Positions 23,789-33,179 of a DNA stretch of 47,994 nucleotides are shown here, piece after piece. The notes beneath the pieces are model-generated. The model did no database searches. It was not told where the DNA came from and was given only the letters and a program-made list of their open reading frames with translations. The translations under genes and the position numbers were made by a program. The stretch lies in the IMG/VR virus record IMGVR_UViG_3300045988_098207, one strand, 5' to 3'. The stretch's first letter is position 1; each line of letters starts with the position of its first letter. The DNA is from a virus.

Positions 23789-24375
23789 GTGCAGCACAAG
23801 ATAAGAGACAAAGACAGATGAAGCTCGCCCGCCTTGAAATCGTGGCGCAGCTCTTCAAGCGTGGTTACAGCCGCCGCAAGATACGGGAAGAGGTCAAGAA
23901 CCGTCTTGACCTGAAAAGCTATTCCCTCGGCACGGTTCAGAGTGACGTTCAGACCTTGTTGGCTGAATGGCGTGAAGACCGTATCGAAAACACCGATGAT
24001 TTGGTGCAGCTTGAACTTGAACGCATTGACGATGCGGTGCGTGAGTTGTGGGAACAGTGGGAGAAGTCAAAGACAGACTACAACAAGACACAACGCAAGC
24101 AGAAAGGCTCTCCCTCCCGTGACAGCGAGACGGGTCAGACCTCAATCAAGACGTATCAGACTGAGCGAACGGAAACAGAGGTTATCTGCCTTGGCGATGC
24201 TTCTTATATCGCCGAGATACGAAAGCAGCTTGAAGAACGCCGCAAGCTCCTCGGCTTGTACGCCCCTGAAAAGAAAGACATCAACGCCAACGGATCATTT
24301 GCCGCCTATCTCATTGAGAGCGGCATGATAGATGAAGCCGAGCAAGAGGCGGGAGAGGTCAAGGAAGACGAATAA
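23785..24375 (+). CDS. Terminase small subunit candidate
   Basis: 196-aa basic/helical protein immediately upstream of terL. Assignment by position only. Confidence 0.45.
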   Translation: MSAAQDKRQRQMKLARLEIVAQLFKRGYSRRKIREEVKNRLDLKSYSLGTVQSDVQTLLAEWREDRIENTDDLVQLELERIDDAVRELWEQWEKSKTDYNKTQRKQKGSPSRDSETGQTSIKTYQTERTETEVICLGDASYIAEIRKQLEERRKLLGLYAPEKKDINANGSFAAYLIESGMIDEAEQEAGEVKEDE

Positions 24376-24378
24376 GCC

Positions 24379-24475
24379 CGATTGCGGCTCTCTGTCGGCG
24401 TAAGTATTCTGAGTGGTTCACTTATCCCATTCAAAAGCGTACCGCCGACATACTCAAAATTCGGAGAAAATAACT
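24379..24475 (+). promoter_or_regulatory. Intergenic repeat element, full copy (5' box, variable core, 3' box) abutting the terL start codon
   Basis: 5' box cgattgcggctctctgtcggcg (24379-24400) and 3' box accgccgacatactcaaaattcggagaaaataact (24441-24475). tgtcggcg/cgccgaca form an 8-bp stem closing a 40-nt core. Confidence 0.65.
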
Positions 24476-26071
24476 ATGGCAAAGAAACAACGGAAAGAAA
24501 CTATCAAGAAACTCAGTTTTGAGGTCATAAACTCATGGCGGGCAGATTGGAATAAATTTGTCCGTGAAGCCTTTGGCGTGAACCTTGACCCCGAGCAGCA
24601 AGAAATTCTGTCAAGCGTTCAACACAACAGGCGCACGTCCGTTGCCTCAGGCACAGCCCGTGGCAAAGACTTTGTCGCCGCTTGTGCCGCCATATCGTTT
24701 CTTTATCTCACGCCCCGTTGGAGGCGCACAAAGAACGGGGGCGCAGAGTTGGTTGAGAACACGAAAGTGGCTCTGACAGCCCCGACCGACCGTCAGGTAA
24801 AGAACATCATGATGCCTGAGATTAGCCGCCTTTACAACAGAGCCAAGGCAAGAGGCATACAACTGCCAGGGCGTTTGAACGCTTATGACATCAGAACAGA
24901 AAGCGATGAATGGTTTCTGACGGGCTTCAAGGCTGACGAGAACAACCATGAAGCGTGGTCAGGCTTTCACGCCGTTCATACAATGTTTGTCGTTACCGAG
25001 GCAACGGGTATCGGCGATGATACGTTTGGGGCTATTGAGGGTAACTTGCAAGGCGACTCACGCATCTTGATTGTCTTCAACCCGAACACAACAGTTGGCT
25101 ACGCTGCCCGCTCTCAGAAAGGAGACCGTTGGCACAAATACCGCCTGAACAGTCTGACAGCCCCGAACATCGTTCAGAAAAAGACCGTCATTGCGGGTCA
25201 GGTTGACTATGAGTGGGTTCAAGACAAGTTGGCGAACTGGTGTACTGAAATCAGAGAAGAAGAAGCCACGGCAGAGTTTGACGATTTTCAGTTTGAGGGC
25301 AAGTGGTATCGCCCCGAAGACCTTTTCAGAAAGAAAGTCTTGGGTAAATTCCCCAAGGTGGGCGAAGACGTTCTTATCCCTGAACAGTGGTTGGAAATCG
25401 CACATCAGCGTTGGAAAGAGGCTCACGGGCGGCAACCCGTCTCAACAGAGCCACGGATCATGGGCGTTGACGTTGCAGGCATGGGACGAGACTGCACTTG
25501 TTTTGTTGAGCGTCAGGGCTGTTGGGCTTCTGAGTTCAAGACACACAACAGCGGCGGCTCGGCTGACCACATGAAGATTGCGGGGGCTATCACAGACCGC
25601 CGCCGACATGAGATTGAAATGTATGTCAGCATTGACACAATCGGCGAGGGTGCGGGCGTGTTCTCCCGTTGTGTTGAGAATGAACGGCGTGAGAACTCTC
25701 ATTACATCATCAGTTGCAAATACTCAGAGGGAGCGAAAGGCTTCAACGGCAAGAACCTGACCGACACAACGGGTCAGTATGAGTTCCTGAACATGAGGGC
25801 GTACCTCTTTTGGGCTGTGCGTGATTGGCTGAACCCGAAGAACGAGACGGGTGCCATGCTGCCGCCTGACCCTCAGTTTGATGAAGAGGCGACAGAAATA
25901 AAATGGTCTTTCAGGTCAGACGGGCGCATATACATTGAGCCGAAAGAAGACATCAAGAAGAGACTCGGGCGAAGCCCCGATAAGTTTGACGCTTTCGCGA
26001 ACACGTTCTATCCGCTCAGAGGAAGCCGCCGCATTGACCTGAACCGTATCGCCCGTATGGTACACAGATAA
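24476..26071 (+). CDS. terL: Terminase large subunit
   Basis: Walker A VASGTARGKDF, Walker B MFVVTEA, nuclease-domain acidic motifs GVDVAGMGRD and SIDTIGEG. ATG 24476 preferred over the track start 24413, which lies in the repeat element. Confidence 0.9.
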   Translation: MAKKQRKETIKKLSFEVINSWRADWNKFVREAFGVNLDPEQQEILSSVQHNRRTSVASGTARGKDFVAACAAISFLYLTPRWRRTKNGGAELVENTKVALTAPTDRQVKNIMMPEISRLYNRAKARGIQLPGRLNAYDIRTESDEWFLTGFKADENNHEAWSGFHAVHTMFVVTEATGIGDDTFGAIEGNLQGDSRILIVFNPNTTVGYAARSQKGDRWHKYRLNSLTAPNIVQKKTVIAGQVDYEWVQDKLANWCTEIREEEATAEFDDFQFEGKWYRPEDLFRKKVLGKFPKVGEDVLIPEQWLEIAHQRWKEAHGRQPVSTEPRIMGVDVAGMGRDCTCFVERQGCWASEFKTHNSGGSADHMKIAGAITDRRRHEIEMYVSIDTIGEGAGVFSRCVENERRENSHYIISCKYSEGAKGFNGKNLTDTTGQYEFLNMRAYLFWAVRDWLNPKNETGAMLPPDPQFDEEATEIKWSFRSDGRIYIEPKEDIKKRLGRSPDKFDAFANTFYPLRGSRRIDLNRIARMVHR

Positions 26072-26102
26072 TTCAAGTTTAACAAATAAATCATCAAAGA
26101 AA

Positions 26103-27491
26103 ATGACTATCGAAGAAATCCTTGCCTCACTCAGGACAGAGGCTCAGAAAATAGCCTTTTTGAAAGAGAAGACTATCAACGTCCCATTGTGGCGTGGTCG
26201 CTTTGGTCTCATTCAAGAATTTGACCCGACAAAGCACCCTGTTATGAACAAAGCCAAATACCCTGATATTGTCACGGACAGCGACATTCAGGAGGTAACC
26301 CGTGTGACGTGTGACTTGCAGCGGCTCGCCGTGAAGCGCATGACAGAACTTGTTACGGGCATACCCGTGAAACGTGTTTACAGCCCTGAGAATGACCGTC
26401 AGAAAGAAGTGGCGAACTATCTTGAAAAGATATTTGCCAAGAACCGCATTGACAGCGTGAACATCGAACGCTGCAACATGCTCTTTGCGGGCTGTGAAGT
26501 TATGACGTTATGGTACGCCGTTGAACAGAAGCACACAACCTACGGTTTCTCTTCAAACCTGAAATTCCGCTGCCGCAACTTCTCCCCTATGCACGGCGAT
26601 GACCTTTACCCGCTCTTTGATGAATACGGCGACATGATAGCCATGTCAGTGGCTTACACCCGTAAGAACGGCAAGAAGACCGTTCAGTACTTTGACTGTT
26701 ATATGGCGACCCGCCACATCAAATGGTCAACAGAGAGCGGCGAATGGGCTGTCATTGAAGACGAGCAGATAACTTTGTTAAAGATACCGTGCATCTATAT
26801 GTGGAGACCGACCCCGATATGGGAGGACACCTCAAAGACCGTCTATGAGATTGAATGGTCTCTGTCAAGAAACGGAAATTATCTCCGTGAGAACTCAAAG
26901 CCTCTCTTCGTTGTTCTCGCCGATGATATTATTCAGTTCGGCGATGAGAAAAGTTCAAATGAAGAGGCGAAGAGCGTTATGCAATATCCGAAAGGCTCAA
27001 CGGCTCAATACGTCACATGGCAACAGGCGACTGAAAGCCTGAAATACCATGTCGACACCCTGAGAAATCTTTTCTTCACTCAGCTGCAGTTGCCTGATTG
27101 GTCATACGAGAAGATGTCGCAGCAAGCCCTCTCAGGTGAGAGCCGCAAGCAAATGTTTATTGATGCGCAGCTCAAAGTCAAGGACGAAAGCGGTCGTTTG
27201 ATTGAGTTCTTTGACCGTGAAATAAATGTCGTGAAAGCGTTCTTGAAGATTGCTCTTGGAGAGGCTTATGCCGCCGACATTGACGCTCTCCCCGTTGAGA
27301 CCGTTGTCACGCCTTTCGCTATCACAGACAAACAAGACTTGGCGAACTACCTCATGTCTGTGAACGGCGGCGAGCCTATCATGTCACAACGTGAGAGCAT
27401 TGAACGCCTTGGCGAGAGTGATGATGTGGACACCACCCTGAAAGAAATTCAGGATCAGAAGACGGTGGACGTGTTTGAACCGACAGAATAA
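26103..27491 (+). CDS. Portal protein (SPP1 gp6-like)
   Basis: 462 aa, directly after terL. Size, position and general sequence character support the call. Confidence 0.8.
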   Translation: MTIEEILASLRTEAQKIAFLKEKTINVPLWRGRFGLIQEFDPTKHPVMNKAKYPDIVTDSDIQEVTRVTCDLQRLAVKRMTELVTGIPVKRVYSPENDRQKEVANYLEKIFAKNRIDSVNIERCNMLFAGCEVMTLWYAVEQKHTTYGFSSNLKFRCRNFSPMHGDDLYPLFDEYGDMIAMSVAYTRKNGKKTVQYFDCYMATRHIKWSTESGEWAVIEDEQITLLKIPCIYMWRPTPIWEDTSKTVYEIEWSLSRNGNYLRENSKPLFVVLADDIIQFGDEKSSNEEAKSVMQYPKGSTAQYVTWQQATESLKYHVDTLRNLFFTQLQLPDWSYEKMSQQALSGESRKQMFIDAQLKVKDESGRLIEFFDREINVVKAFLKIALGEAYAADIDALPVETVVTPFAITDKQDLANYLMSVNGGEPIMSQRESIERLGESDDVDTTLKEIQDQKTVDVFEPTE

Positions 27492-27500
27492 CGTGAGAGC

Positions 27501-27725
27501 ATGGCACCAACAAGAAGACCCCCGAACAGAAAGAAGCCTGAGCAGCCGAAATACCGCTGCCGTGACTGCCGTCACAGTTATGATTGGCACAGCAAGGCTC
27601 TTGACGGTCATTTGATTTTGTGCCGCTGCCCTCATGATGAAAAGACAGAACACGGGCGGTGGTGCAAATTTCTGAATGACTTTCAATGTGATAAATTTAT
27701 TCTGAGAGACAATGGCACTCAATAA
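27501..27725 (+). CDS. Small Cys/His-rich zinc-ribbon protein (74 aa)
   Basis: CRDCRH..H..CRCPH..C..C pattern. Confidence 0.45.
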   Translation: MAPTRRPPNRKKPEQPKYRCRDCRHSYDWHSKALDGHLILCRCPHDEKTEHGRWCKFLNDFQCDKFILRDNGTQ

Positions 27726-29646
27726 ATACGACAAACAACATCTGCGCAACCTGACAGCCTACGAGCGTCAGGTTGACGCTATATACAGGGCGGCGGTCAA
27801 GGAAGCCGCTGCCCTTGGGCTTTCTATCCGTGATTTAGACCCGACACGGCTCTTTTCTTTCTCTGACTATCCAATTACACGCAAAAGGCTCGAAAGTCTC
27901 TTAGAGAGCCTAAAAAGCGGGTTGTCGGCTGTCATAGTGAACGGCGTGAACCATGAATGGACGCTCGCCAACAACAAGAACAACGAGCTGTGCCGTCAGG
28001 TCTTCGGCGATAACGTGGGCAAGCTCTCAAACGCCCAATATCGCCGATATTTCAAGAACAACGAAGAAGCCCGTGACGCATTTCTCGCCCGCAAGGTTCA
28101 GGGCTTGAACCTCTCTGACAGAGTTTGGAAATATACAAATCAGTTCAAAGAGGAAATCGAACTCGGGCTTGACATCGGTCTGAGAAGCGGCAAGGCGGCT
28201 GAACGTCTTCAAAAAGACTTGCAACTGTTTCTTCAACACCCTGACATGCTCTTTCGCCGTGTCAGGGACGAACACGGGCAGTTGGTCTTGTCAAAGCGTG
28301 CGGCGGCTTTCCACCCTGGGCGTGGCGTGTACCGAAGCTCATATAAGAACGCCCGCCGCCTCGCAGCCACAGAGACGAACATCGCATATCGGTCGGCTGA
28401 CTTTGCCCGTTGGCAAGACCTTGACTTTGTTGTCGGCATTCGTGTTGTTATGAGCAATAACCACACACTTTTAGGGGCTGACGGGAAGCCGCACAAGTTT
28501 ACAGACATCTGCGATGAACTGAGCGCACCCGTGGGCAGTAAGGCTGTCAAGGGTCAGGGCTGTTACCCAAAGGACTTCAAGTTCACGGGGTGGCACCCTC
28601 ATTGCCGCTGTCACGCTGAAACAATTTTGAAGACAGAGGAAGAAATGATGCGTGACAACGAAAGGCTGCTCAAAGGCGAAGAACCTCTGAAAGAAAGCGT
28701 GAACACGGTCACGGACGTACCTCAGGAGTTCAAAGATTGGTTAGACGATAACAAAGAACGTGTCAAGTACGTTTCCTCTGTGCCTTATTTCATCAGCGAC
28801 AACGCAAAGTACATACCCAAGAGTTTTATCAACAACATCGGAACACTGAAAGCGGGGCTGTCAGAGGTTCAGGCGGTCAACGTCAAAGAAGCCCTCCTGA
28901 AAATCAAAGACCCAACCTTTGTGACAGAAAAAGAAGTGAAAACAGCCCTGACAGATTTCGCCACGGCTAACCAATCACTCTTCAACGGCGGTTTGGCTAA
29001 AATTGAGATAACAAGAAAGAAGAGTGCAACGGCATTCATGGCGAACAGAAGATATTATACAAAAGACGGGGCTTTTGATAAGAAAAGCGGCAACACGTTG
29101 GTAATAACAAACAAAGATTTAACTATTACCTCAGGTGTCGTTTTCAACCCTCTTCACGAAGTCAAAGGGGCGATGAAAGCAATCACAGAGAAAACGGCTC
29201 TCACGTTCAATCAAGAATATGCCCTTGAAAGTGTGTGGCATGAGTTCAGGCACGCTGCTGCAGTCGGATGGAAAAACGTGAACATGAAAACGCCCGTTTT
29301 GATAAATTCAATGGAGGTTATAAATCAATTCTGCGCCCGTCTCTCTTATCCGAGTTTCATCAGAGGACTTGGCGGCAAAGCCTCTCACGCCAAAAAAATT
29401 ATGGAGAAAGGCTATGGTTACGGGCGGCGGGTCTCGAACTTCTGTACGCTTCTGAAACAGATGAAAGTCAGTCAAAAGTCAGCATACAGACATTTTCAAG
29501 ACCTGATAATAAAGTCGCCGTATGAAGACATTCACGGCGAATTGGTAAGGTTTGTTGAGTTGAGAGGCAAATACGACAAGAAGAAAGCCGAAGACATTGT
29601 TTGTGGTCTTGGCTTTCTTCCTGACGCTTTTAAGGCTCTTTTGTGA
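27712..29646 (+). CDS. Head morphogenesis protein (MuF / SPP1 gp7 family) with an extra C-terminal domain containing HExxH
   Basis: MuF hallmark ..FTGWHPHCRCHAETIL.. The C-terminal ~240 aa contain ..ESVWHEFRHAAA.. (HEFRH at nt 29239-29253). Confidence 0.75.
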   Translation: MALNKYDKQHLRNLTAYERQVDAIYRAAVKEAAALGLSIRDLDPTRLFSFSDYPITRKRLESLLESLKSGLSAVIVNGVNHEWTLANNKNNELCRQVFGDNVGKLSNAQYRRYFKNNEEARDAFLARKVQGLNLSDRVWKYTNQFKEEIELGLDIGLRSGKAAERLQKDLQLFLQHPDMLFRRVRDEHGQLVLSKRAAAFHPGRGVYRSSYKNARRLAATETNIAYRSADFARWQDLDFVVGIRVVMSNNHTLLGADGKPHKFTDICDELSAPVGSKAVKGQGCYPKDFKFTGWHPHCRCHAETILKTEEEMMRDNERLLKGEEPLKESVNTVTDVPQEFKDWLDDNKERVKYVSSVPYFISDNAKYIPKSFINNIGTLKAGLSEVQAVNVKEALLKIKDPTFVTEKEVKTALTDFATANQSLFNGGLAKIEITRKKSATAFMANRRYYTKDGAFDKKSGNTLVITNKDLTITSGVVFNPLHEVKGAMKAITEKTALTFNQEYALESVWHEFRHAAAVGWKNVNMKTPVLINSMEVINQFCARLSYPSFIRGLGGKASHAKKIMEKGYGYGRRVSNFCTLLKQMKVSQKSAYRHFQDLIIKSPYEDIHGELVRFVELRGKYDKKKAEDIVCGLGFLPDAFKALL

Positions 29647-29650
29647 GTTC

Positions 29651-29872
29651 TTACGGGTGTGTAAGTGTTCTCCACAAATCATTCTTGACATCGGGCGGCA
29701 GTTCTTCTGAAAGGGCTGTTGCCCGTTCTTTGTCGCCCCTGAGATAAAACAGGGTTACGATGTCCGCTTTTGCCGTGTCAGGATCAACAGAAGACAAATA
29801 AGTTTCTTTTGTCATTCCCTTAATTTTTGCCCATTCCTCAGGGCTGATTTTATAGTCAAAAACAGTTTTCAT
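29651..29872 (-). CDS. Hypothetical protein (73 aa), last gene of the opposite-strand island
   Basis: ATG ORF preceded (minus orientation) by a -7 box, a full repeat element and a second repeat motif. Confidence 0.5.
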   Translation of the reverse strand: MKTVFDYKISPEEWAKIKGMTKETYLSSVDPDTAKADIVTLFYLRGDKERATALSEELPPDVKNDLWRTLTHP

Positions 29873-29921
29873 TTCGTTTTCTCTGATAAAACACGGGTTT
29901 TCTCGTAGAATATCCCGTTAT

Positions 29922-30019
29922 AAGTTATTTTTCTCGAATTTGACGCACACGGGCTTTGGTTTTCTCTTTGGTGTAATTATTCACTTAGAAAATTATCGCC
30001 CGACAGAGAGCCGCAATCG
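29922..30019 (-). promoter_or_regulatory. Intergenic repeat element, full copy on the minus strand
   Basis: The reverse complement reads cgattgcggctctctgtcggg..(45 nt)..gcccgtgtgcgtcaaattcgagaaaaataactt. The stem cgggc/gcccg covaries with cggcg/cgccg of the 24379 copy. Confidence 0.65.
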
Positions 30020-30070
30020 CCTTTTGAACCTGAAATCGAAACTAAGTTCTGATTTTATCAAGTCACGGGG

Positions 30071-30078
30071 CAAAGATA
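30071..30078 (-). promoter_or_regulatory. -7 promoter box TAtcTTTG (minus strand) upstream of the repeat element and gene 29651-29872
   Basis: caaagata on the plus strand. This places the repeat element inside the predicted 5' leader. Confidence 0.4.
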
Positions 30079-30225
30079 AGCCCTTTTACTGAGATAACGG
30101 TAAAAAGCCCGATTTATTGTCTCGGTGGGTCGAAAACGGGCGTTCAGGCTGCAAGCGCAGTTATGCTAAAACCTGAAATAAGCCCGATTTGCCCGTTTTT
30201 AGCCCCTCTGACGGCTTTTCTCTCG

Positions 30226-30549
30226 TCATTGGTGTAATTTATCATCTGACGGGTCAAAACACGCTGTACGGGCTTTATTTTGCCTTTTCGTGTGAAGCGG
30301 CTCACGGGTCACGGTTGTTTTCGCCCCCGTGTATGGGTTGCCGTCTGAAACGCCGATGTTCCAAAGGCGGCTGACCTTGCACCCGATTTGTTCAGGGCTG
30401 AAACGCTCATAGATAGCCGAAAGAGACGTGAAGAAGAAATACCGTTTCCCCGTCTGTTCGGGCGGCTCTCTGAATGTCACTCGGTAGATGAACCCGCAGC
30501 GGGCTTTGTCTTTCTCTTCCCCGCCTGTTGTCTGTCTGTTGTCTGTCAT
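30226..30549 (-). CDS. Hypothetical protein (107 aa), resembles small proteins of Bacteroidales mobile elements
   Basis: ..FIYRVTFREPPEQTGKRYFFFTSLSAIYERFSPEQIGCKVSRLWN.. Family resemblance is from memory only. Confidence 0.5.
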   Translation of the reverse strand: MTDNRQTTGGEEKDKARCGFIYRVTFREPPEQTGKRYFFFTSLSAIYERFSPEQIGCKVSRLWNIGVSDGNPYTGAKTTVTREPLHTKRQNKARTACFDPSDDKLHQ

Positions 30550-30682
30550 TTGTTTTTTCGTTTTGCTCGCCTGATTATCTGAGGCGAAAATTCAACTTCA
30601 ATTCAAGGGGCGAAATCGCAGAGTACGTTAGTACTTTTTCTCTCCTTTTCTTTGCTCTCCTTTATACGCGCGCAGGTAGCGC

Positions 30683-30742
30683 ATTTTCTCGTAGAAAACT
30701 TGGGTTTTCTCAGAGATAACCACCCGTTATCTACGAGAAAAT
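30683..30742. repeat. 13-bp perfect inverted repeat (attttctcgtaga / tctacgagaaaat) with a nested 7-bp inverted repeat (agataac / gttatct)
   Basis: 30683-30695 pairs with 30730-30742, and inner 30714-30720 with 30726-30732. Lies between minus-strand genes. Confidence 0.6.
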
Positions 30743-30757
30743 TAAAATTTTTAACAA

Positions 30758-31243
30758 TTAAACCTCCTTTTCTTGAAAAAGGCTTTTGAGTGAATAGAAC
30801 GGAGAAAAACGTTTGATGCGTGAGGCTGTTTCTTGACCCCATATTGCCGCTATCAGACGTATTGCGTCCACGTCCCCGTCAAAGGCGATTGCGCTCTCAT
30901 GGTTGTTGAACTCATAACAGTAAACCTCCTGAGGGTCGCACTCAGTTCTTATGCGGTTCTGAATGTCATGAATGTGGGCGAACATCTTGTTTATACCGCC
31001 CTGAGTGCCGTAGCCCCCGCCGCCGAAAGAAACAAGCCGCTCGTTGGGTTTCAGCCTGATAGACTTCTGACCCTGTTCAAACTGTTCTTTTGAGAAAGCG
31101 TAGAAACAGCGGTATTTCTTTGCGTCTGTCTTGTCACGCTCTTCACATAACTCATGGTAGCGTTTCAGGGTCTTTGCGTTCTTATAGACCAACATGCCGT
31201 CATTGTCCCAATCCTGACGAACTTCAAATTTCTCTGTGCTCAT
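30758..31243 (-). CDS. Hypothetical protein (161 aa)
   Basis: Well-formed ORF in the island. No motif recognised. Confidence 0.55.
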   Translation of the reverse strand: MSTEKFEVRQDWDNDGMLVYKNAKTLKRYHELCEERDKTDAKKYRCFYAFSKEQFEQGQKSIRLKPNERLVSFGGGGYGTQGGINKMFAHIHDIQNRIRTECDPQEVYCYEFNNHESAIAFDGDVDAIRLIAAIWGQETASRIKRFSPFYSLKSLFQEKEV

Positions 31244-31289
31244 AATATAAACTTTGTTTTGATTGAATTATTGCCTTTCGACTTATGAA

Positions 31290-31324
31290 GCCCGTCAGGG
31301 GCTTTCTGCGGCTCTCTGACGGGC
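31290..31324. repeat. Hairpin (9-bp stem gcccgtcag / ctgacgggc) whose loop and arm contain a copy of the 5'-box core tgcggctctctgacggg
   Basis: 31307-31323 match the 5' box of the intergenic repeat at 16 of 17 positions, here on the plus strand. Confidence 0.5.
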
Positions 31325-31339
31325 TTTCATTGTTCATGC

Positions 31340-31549
31340 TTATAACTCTCGCAGAATGTCACTGAAAGCCTTATATGCGGTCTCTTTCACGCCTTCGGGG
31401 TCTCCGTAGAACTTCTGTGCGGCTTGAAGAATTATCAACATCGCCCGTCCGAGGGCTGTCATGATGACTGACGGGTCGTTTGTTCTCTCTTGAAGAACTT
31501 TCAGAACCTCTTGATACAGGTTCTCTTGATTGCTGTTCATTGTTGCCAT
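31340..31549 (-). CDS. Hypothetical protein (69 aa)
   Basis: Compact ORF, 12 nt downstream of the preceding minus-strand gene. Confidence 0.5.
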   Translation of the reverse strand: MATMNSNQENLYQEVLKVLQERTNDPSVIMTALGRAMLIILQAAQKFYGDPEGVKETAYKAFSDILREL

Positions 31550-31561
31550 TGTGTCTTTGAT

Positions 31562-32743
31562 TTATTTGTTTAACTTTACTCGGTTCATCAACTGTCCTGA
31601 GAGTTCATGCAGCTCACGGCTTCTTTCAGGCGTGAGTTCACGGGCGTGAGCCGTTATCGCCTGAGTGAGCTTCCAAAGGGTTGCCCCGCCCTGAACGCCG
31701 TCCTCGGGGTCGTTGCGCATCAATATCTTTTCGACCTCCTTGCTCTCTTGTTTCAGAAGACCGCCGCTGCTTGTCAGGCGTTTCAGTTCATGGTCGAAGT
31801 CAACATCAATCTCCGAAGCCCCCTGTATCTCAATCGCCTTTTGCATGAGATTGTCCTTGCTGAACAGACCCTTTGTGAGGTCTTTGACAGCCGAGACGGT
31901 TGTCTTCGTGTCGAGTTCATAGGTCTTGTTGGATAGTTGCAGATTGTCAGGCAGCTTTGAACCCAAGTGAACTTGCTTCATAACGCTCTCCCTGACCATA
32001 CCGTTAAGGCAAGCCCCGTTCAGGAGAAAGGCTCTCATATCAACAGCCCCGTCCCCGTAGTCAGAGGTTGAGAAGCGTGCGCCCGCAAAGATTGTGACAG
32101 TCCCGTTCTTCACGGTCGGTATCTCAATCGGTGTCGGAAGAATTGTCTCCGCCCATACCTTGGTGTCGTTCATATAAGCGTCAGAAATGACTGCGCCCTG
32201 ACCCGCTGCCTCCTGAACAAACGCCGTGAGAATTTCAACTGAGTTCAGGCGGCGATAACTGTCAGAAAGAACGCCCCTCACTTGCTGCCCTACGGTTCTG
32301 ACAAGAACACGGCTGCGCTGCGTCCAATCGCTGTGTTGGTTCAGAAGATGTGCAGCGAGGGCTATTGCCCAGGGCTCGCCGCTTGCAAGCCCTCTGAGAT
32401 AACGCTGCGGTATGCCCATGCGCTCGGCGAGCTGTCCGATTGCGTTGTCGTGGAGAGAAAACTGACCGTCAGGCATGTTCATCGTCAGAGGCTGTGAACT
32501 TATCTCTTCAACCTCTGCGAAGCCGTCTGTCGGCTGACCGCCCGAGAACGTGATAACGGGCGTGTGGCTCTTCGCTTTCAGGTTCACGCCGATAGGTGCG
32601 ATATAATCCTGAGCGATTTTGCCCTCATTGATAAGGCGTTCCATGGTAGCCTTAACACCCGCTGCCTTACCGTCTATCATTCTGTGAACTTTGTTCATTA
32701 CTACCTCGTTCAAACCTTTCTGTAAGTCTGTTGTTGCTGTCAT
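31562..32743 (-). CDS. DUF932-like protein (phage/plasmid/conjugative-element family), 393 aa
   Basis: ..LHDNAIGQLAERMGIPQRYLRGL..RVLVRTVGQQVRGVLSDSYRRLNSVEILTAF.. resembles the DUF932 pattern as I recall it. ATG 32743 preferred over 32809. Confidence 0.5.
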   Translation of the reverse strand: MTATTDLQKGLNEVVMNKVHRMIDGKAAGVKATMERLINEGKIAQDYIAPIGVNLKAKSHTPVITFSGGQPTDGFAEVEEISSQPLTMNMPDGQFSLHDNAIGQLAERMGIPQRYLRGLASGEPWAIALAAHLLNQHSDWTQRSRVLVRTVGQQVRGVLSDSYRRLNSVEILTAFVQEAAGQGAVISDAYMNDTKVWAETILPTPIEIPTVKNGTVTIFAGARFSTSDYGDGAVDMRAFLLNGACLNGMVRESVMKQVHLGSKLPDNLQLSNKTYELDTKTTVSAVKDLTKGLFSKDNLMQKAIEIQGASEIDVDFDHELKRLTSSGGLLKQESKEVEKILMRNDPEDGVQGGATLWKLTQAITAHARELTPERSRELHELSGQLMNRVKLNK

Positions 32744-32762
32744 AATTTTGAAATTTATATGG

Positions 32763-32885
32763 TTATTGAATATTCGATAAAAACTCTTCTGCCTCTTCAA
32801 AGAGTTCATCAGGGGTCAGGCTCTCAGAGCTTGGCTCGAAGCCTGAGAGATAAGCCGCCTCTATGATCGTGCTTCTTTCACTCAT
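32763..32885 (-). CDS. Small acidic ORF (40 aa), uncertain
   Basis: [40 protein letters not shown]. The ATG overlaps the stop codon of the MutS-I gene. Confidence 0.3.
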   Translation of the reverse strand: MSERSTIIEAAYLSGFEPSSESLTPDELFEEAEEFLSNIQ

Positions 32886-33157
32886 TGCGCTGCCCTCCCC
32901 TGTTTGAGTTCATCACAAATGGCGATACGGTGTCCCGCTCTTATCAGTCTCGGCAGATATGTGTCAAGGGCGTGATACGGGAAGCCCGCCTGACGGTCGC
33001 CCGCCTTGTCTCTTGTCAGGGTTATGCCGAGTATGCGTGATGCGCTCTCTGCGTCTTCCTGATAACTCTCATAGAAATCCCCGCATCTGAATAACAGCAG
33101 AGTGTCGGGGTGCATCTCTTTCAGTTTTGTGAACTGTTTCTTTTTTGCTTCTGTCAT
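32882..33157 (-). CDS. Stand-alone MutS domain I (mismatch-binding N-terminal domain) protein, 91 aa
   Basis: [83 protein letters not shown] matches the MutS N-terminus, including the GDFYE (Phe-x-Glu) region. Nothing beyond domain I is present. Confidence 0.7.
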   Translation of the reverse strand: MTEAKKKQFTKLKEMHPDTLLLFRCGDFYESYQEDAESASRILGITLTRDKAGDRQAGFPYHALDTYLPRLIRAGHRIAICDELKQGRAAQ

Positions 33158-33179
33158 AATTCTGACCTCCTGTTTCTGA

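Noticed and set aside
24413-24475. Upstream alternative starts offered by the ORF track (24413 for terL; likewise 14662, 7849, 5934, 32809, 38714, 9943, 33250)
   Set aside because: The extensions cover conserved non-coding repeats, hairpins or neighbouring genes. The family-typical N-termini begin at the internal ATGs chosen in the feature list.
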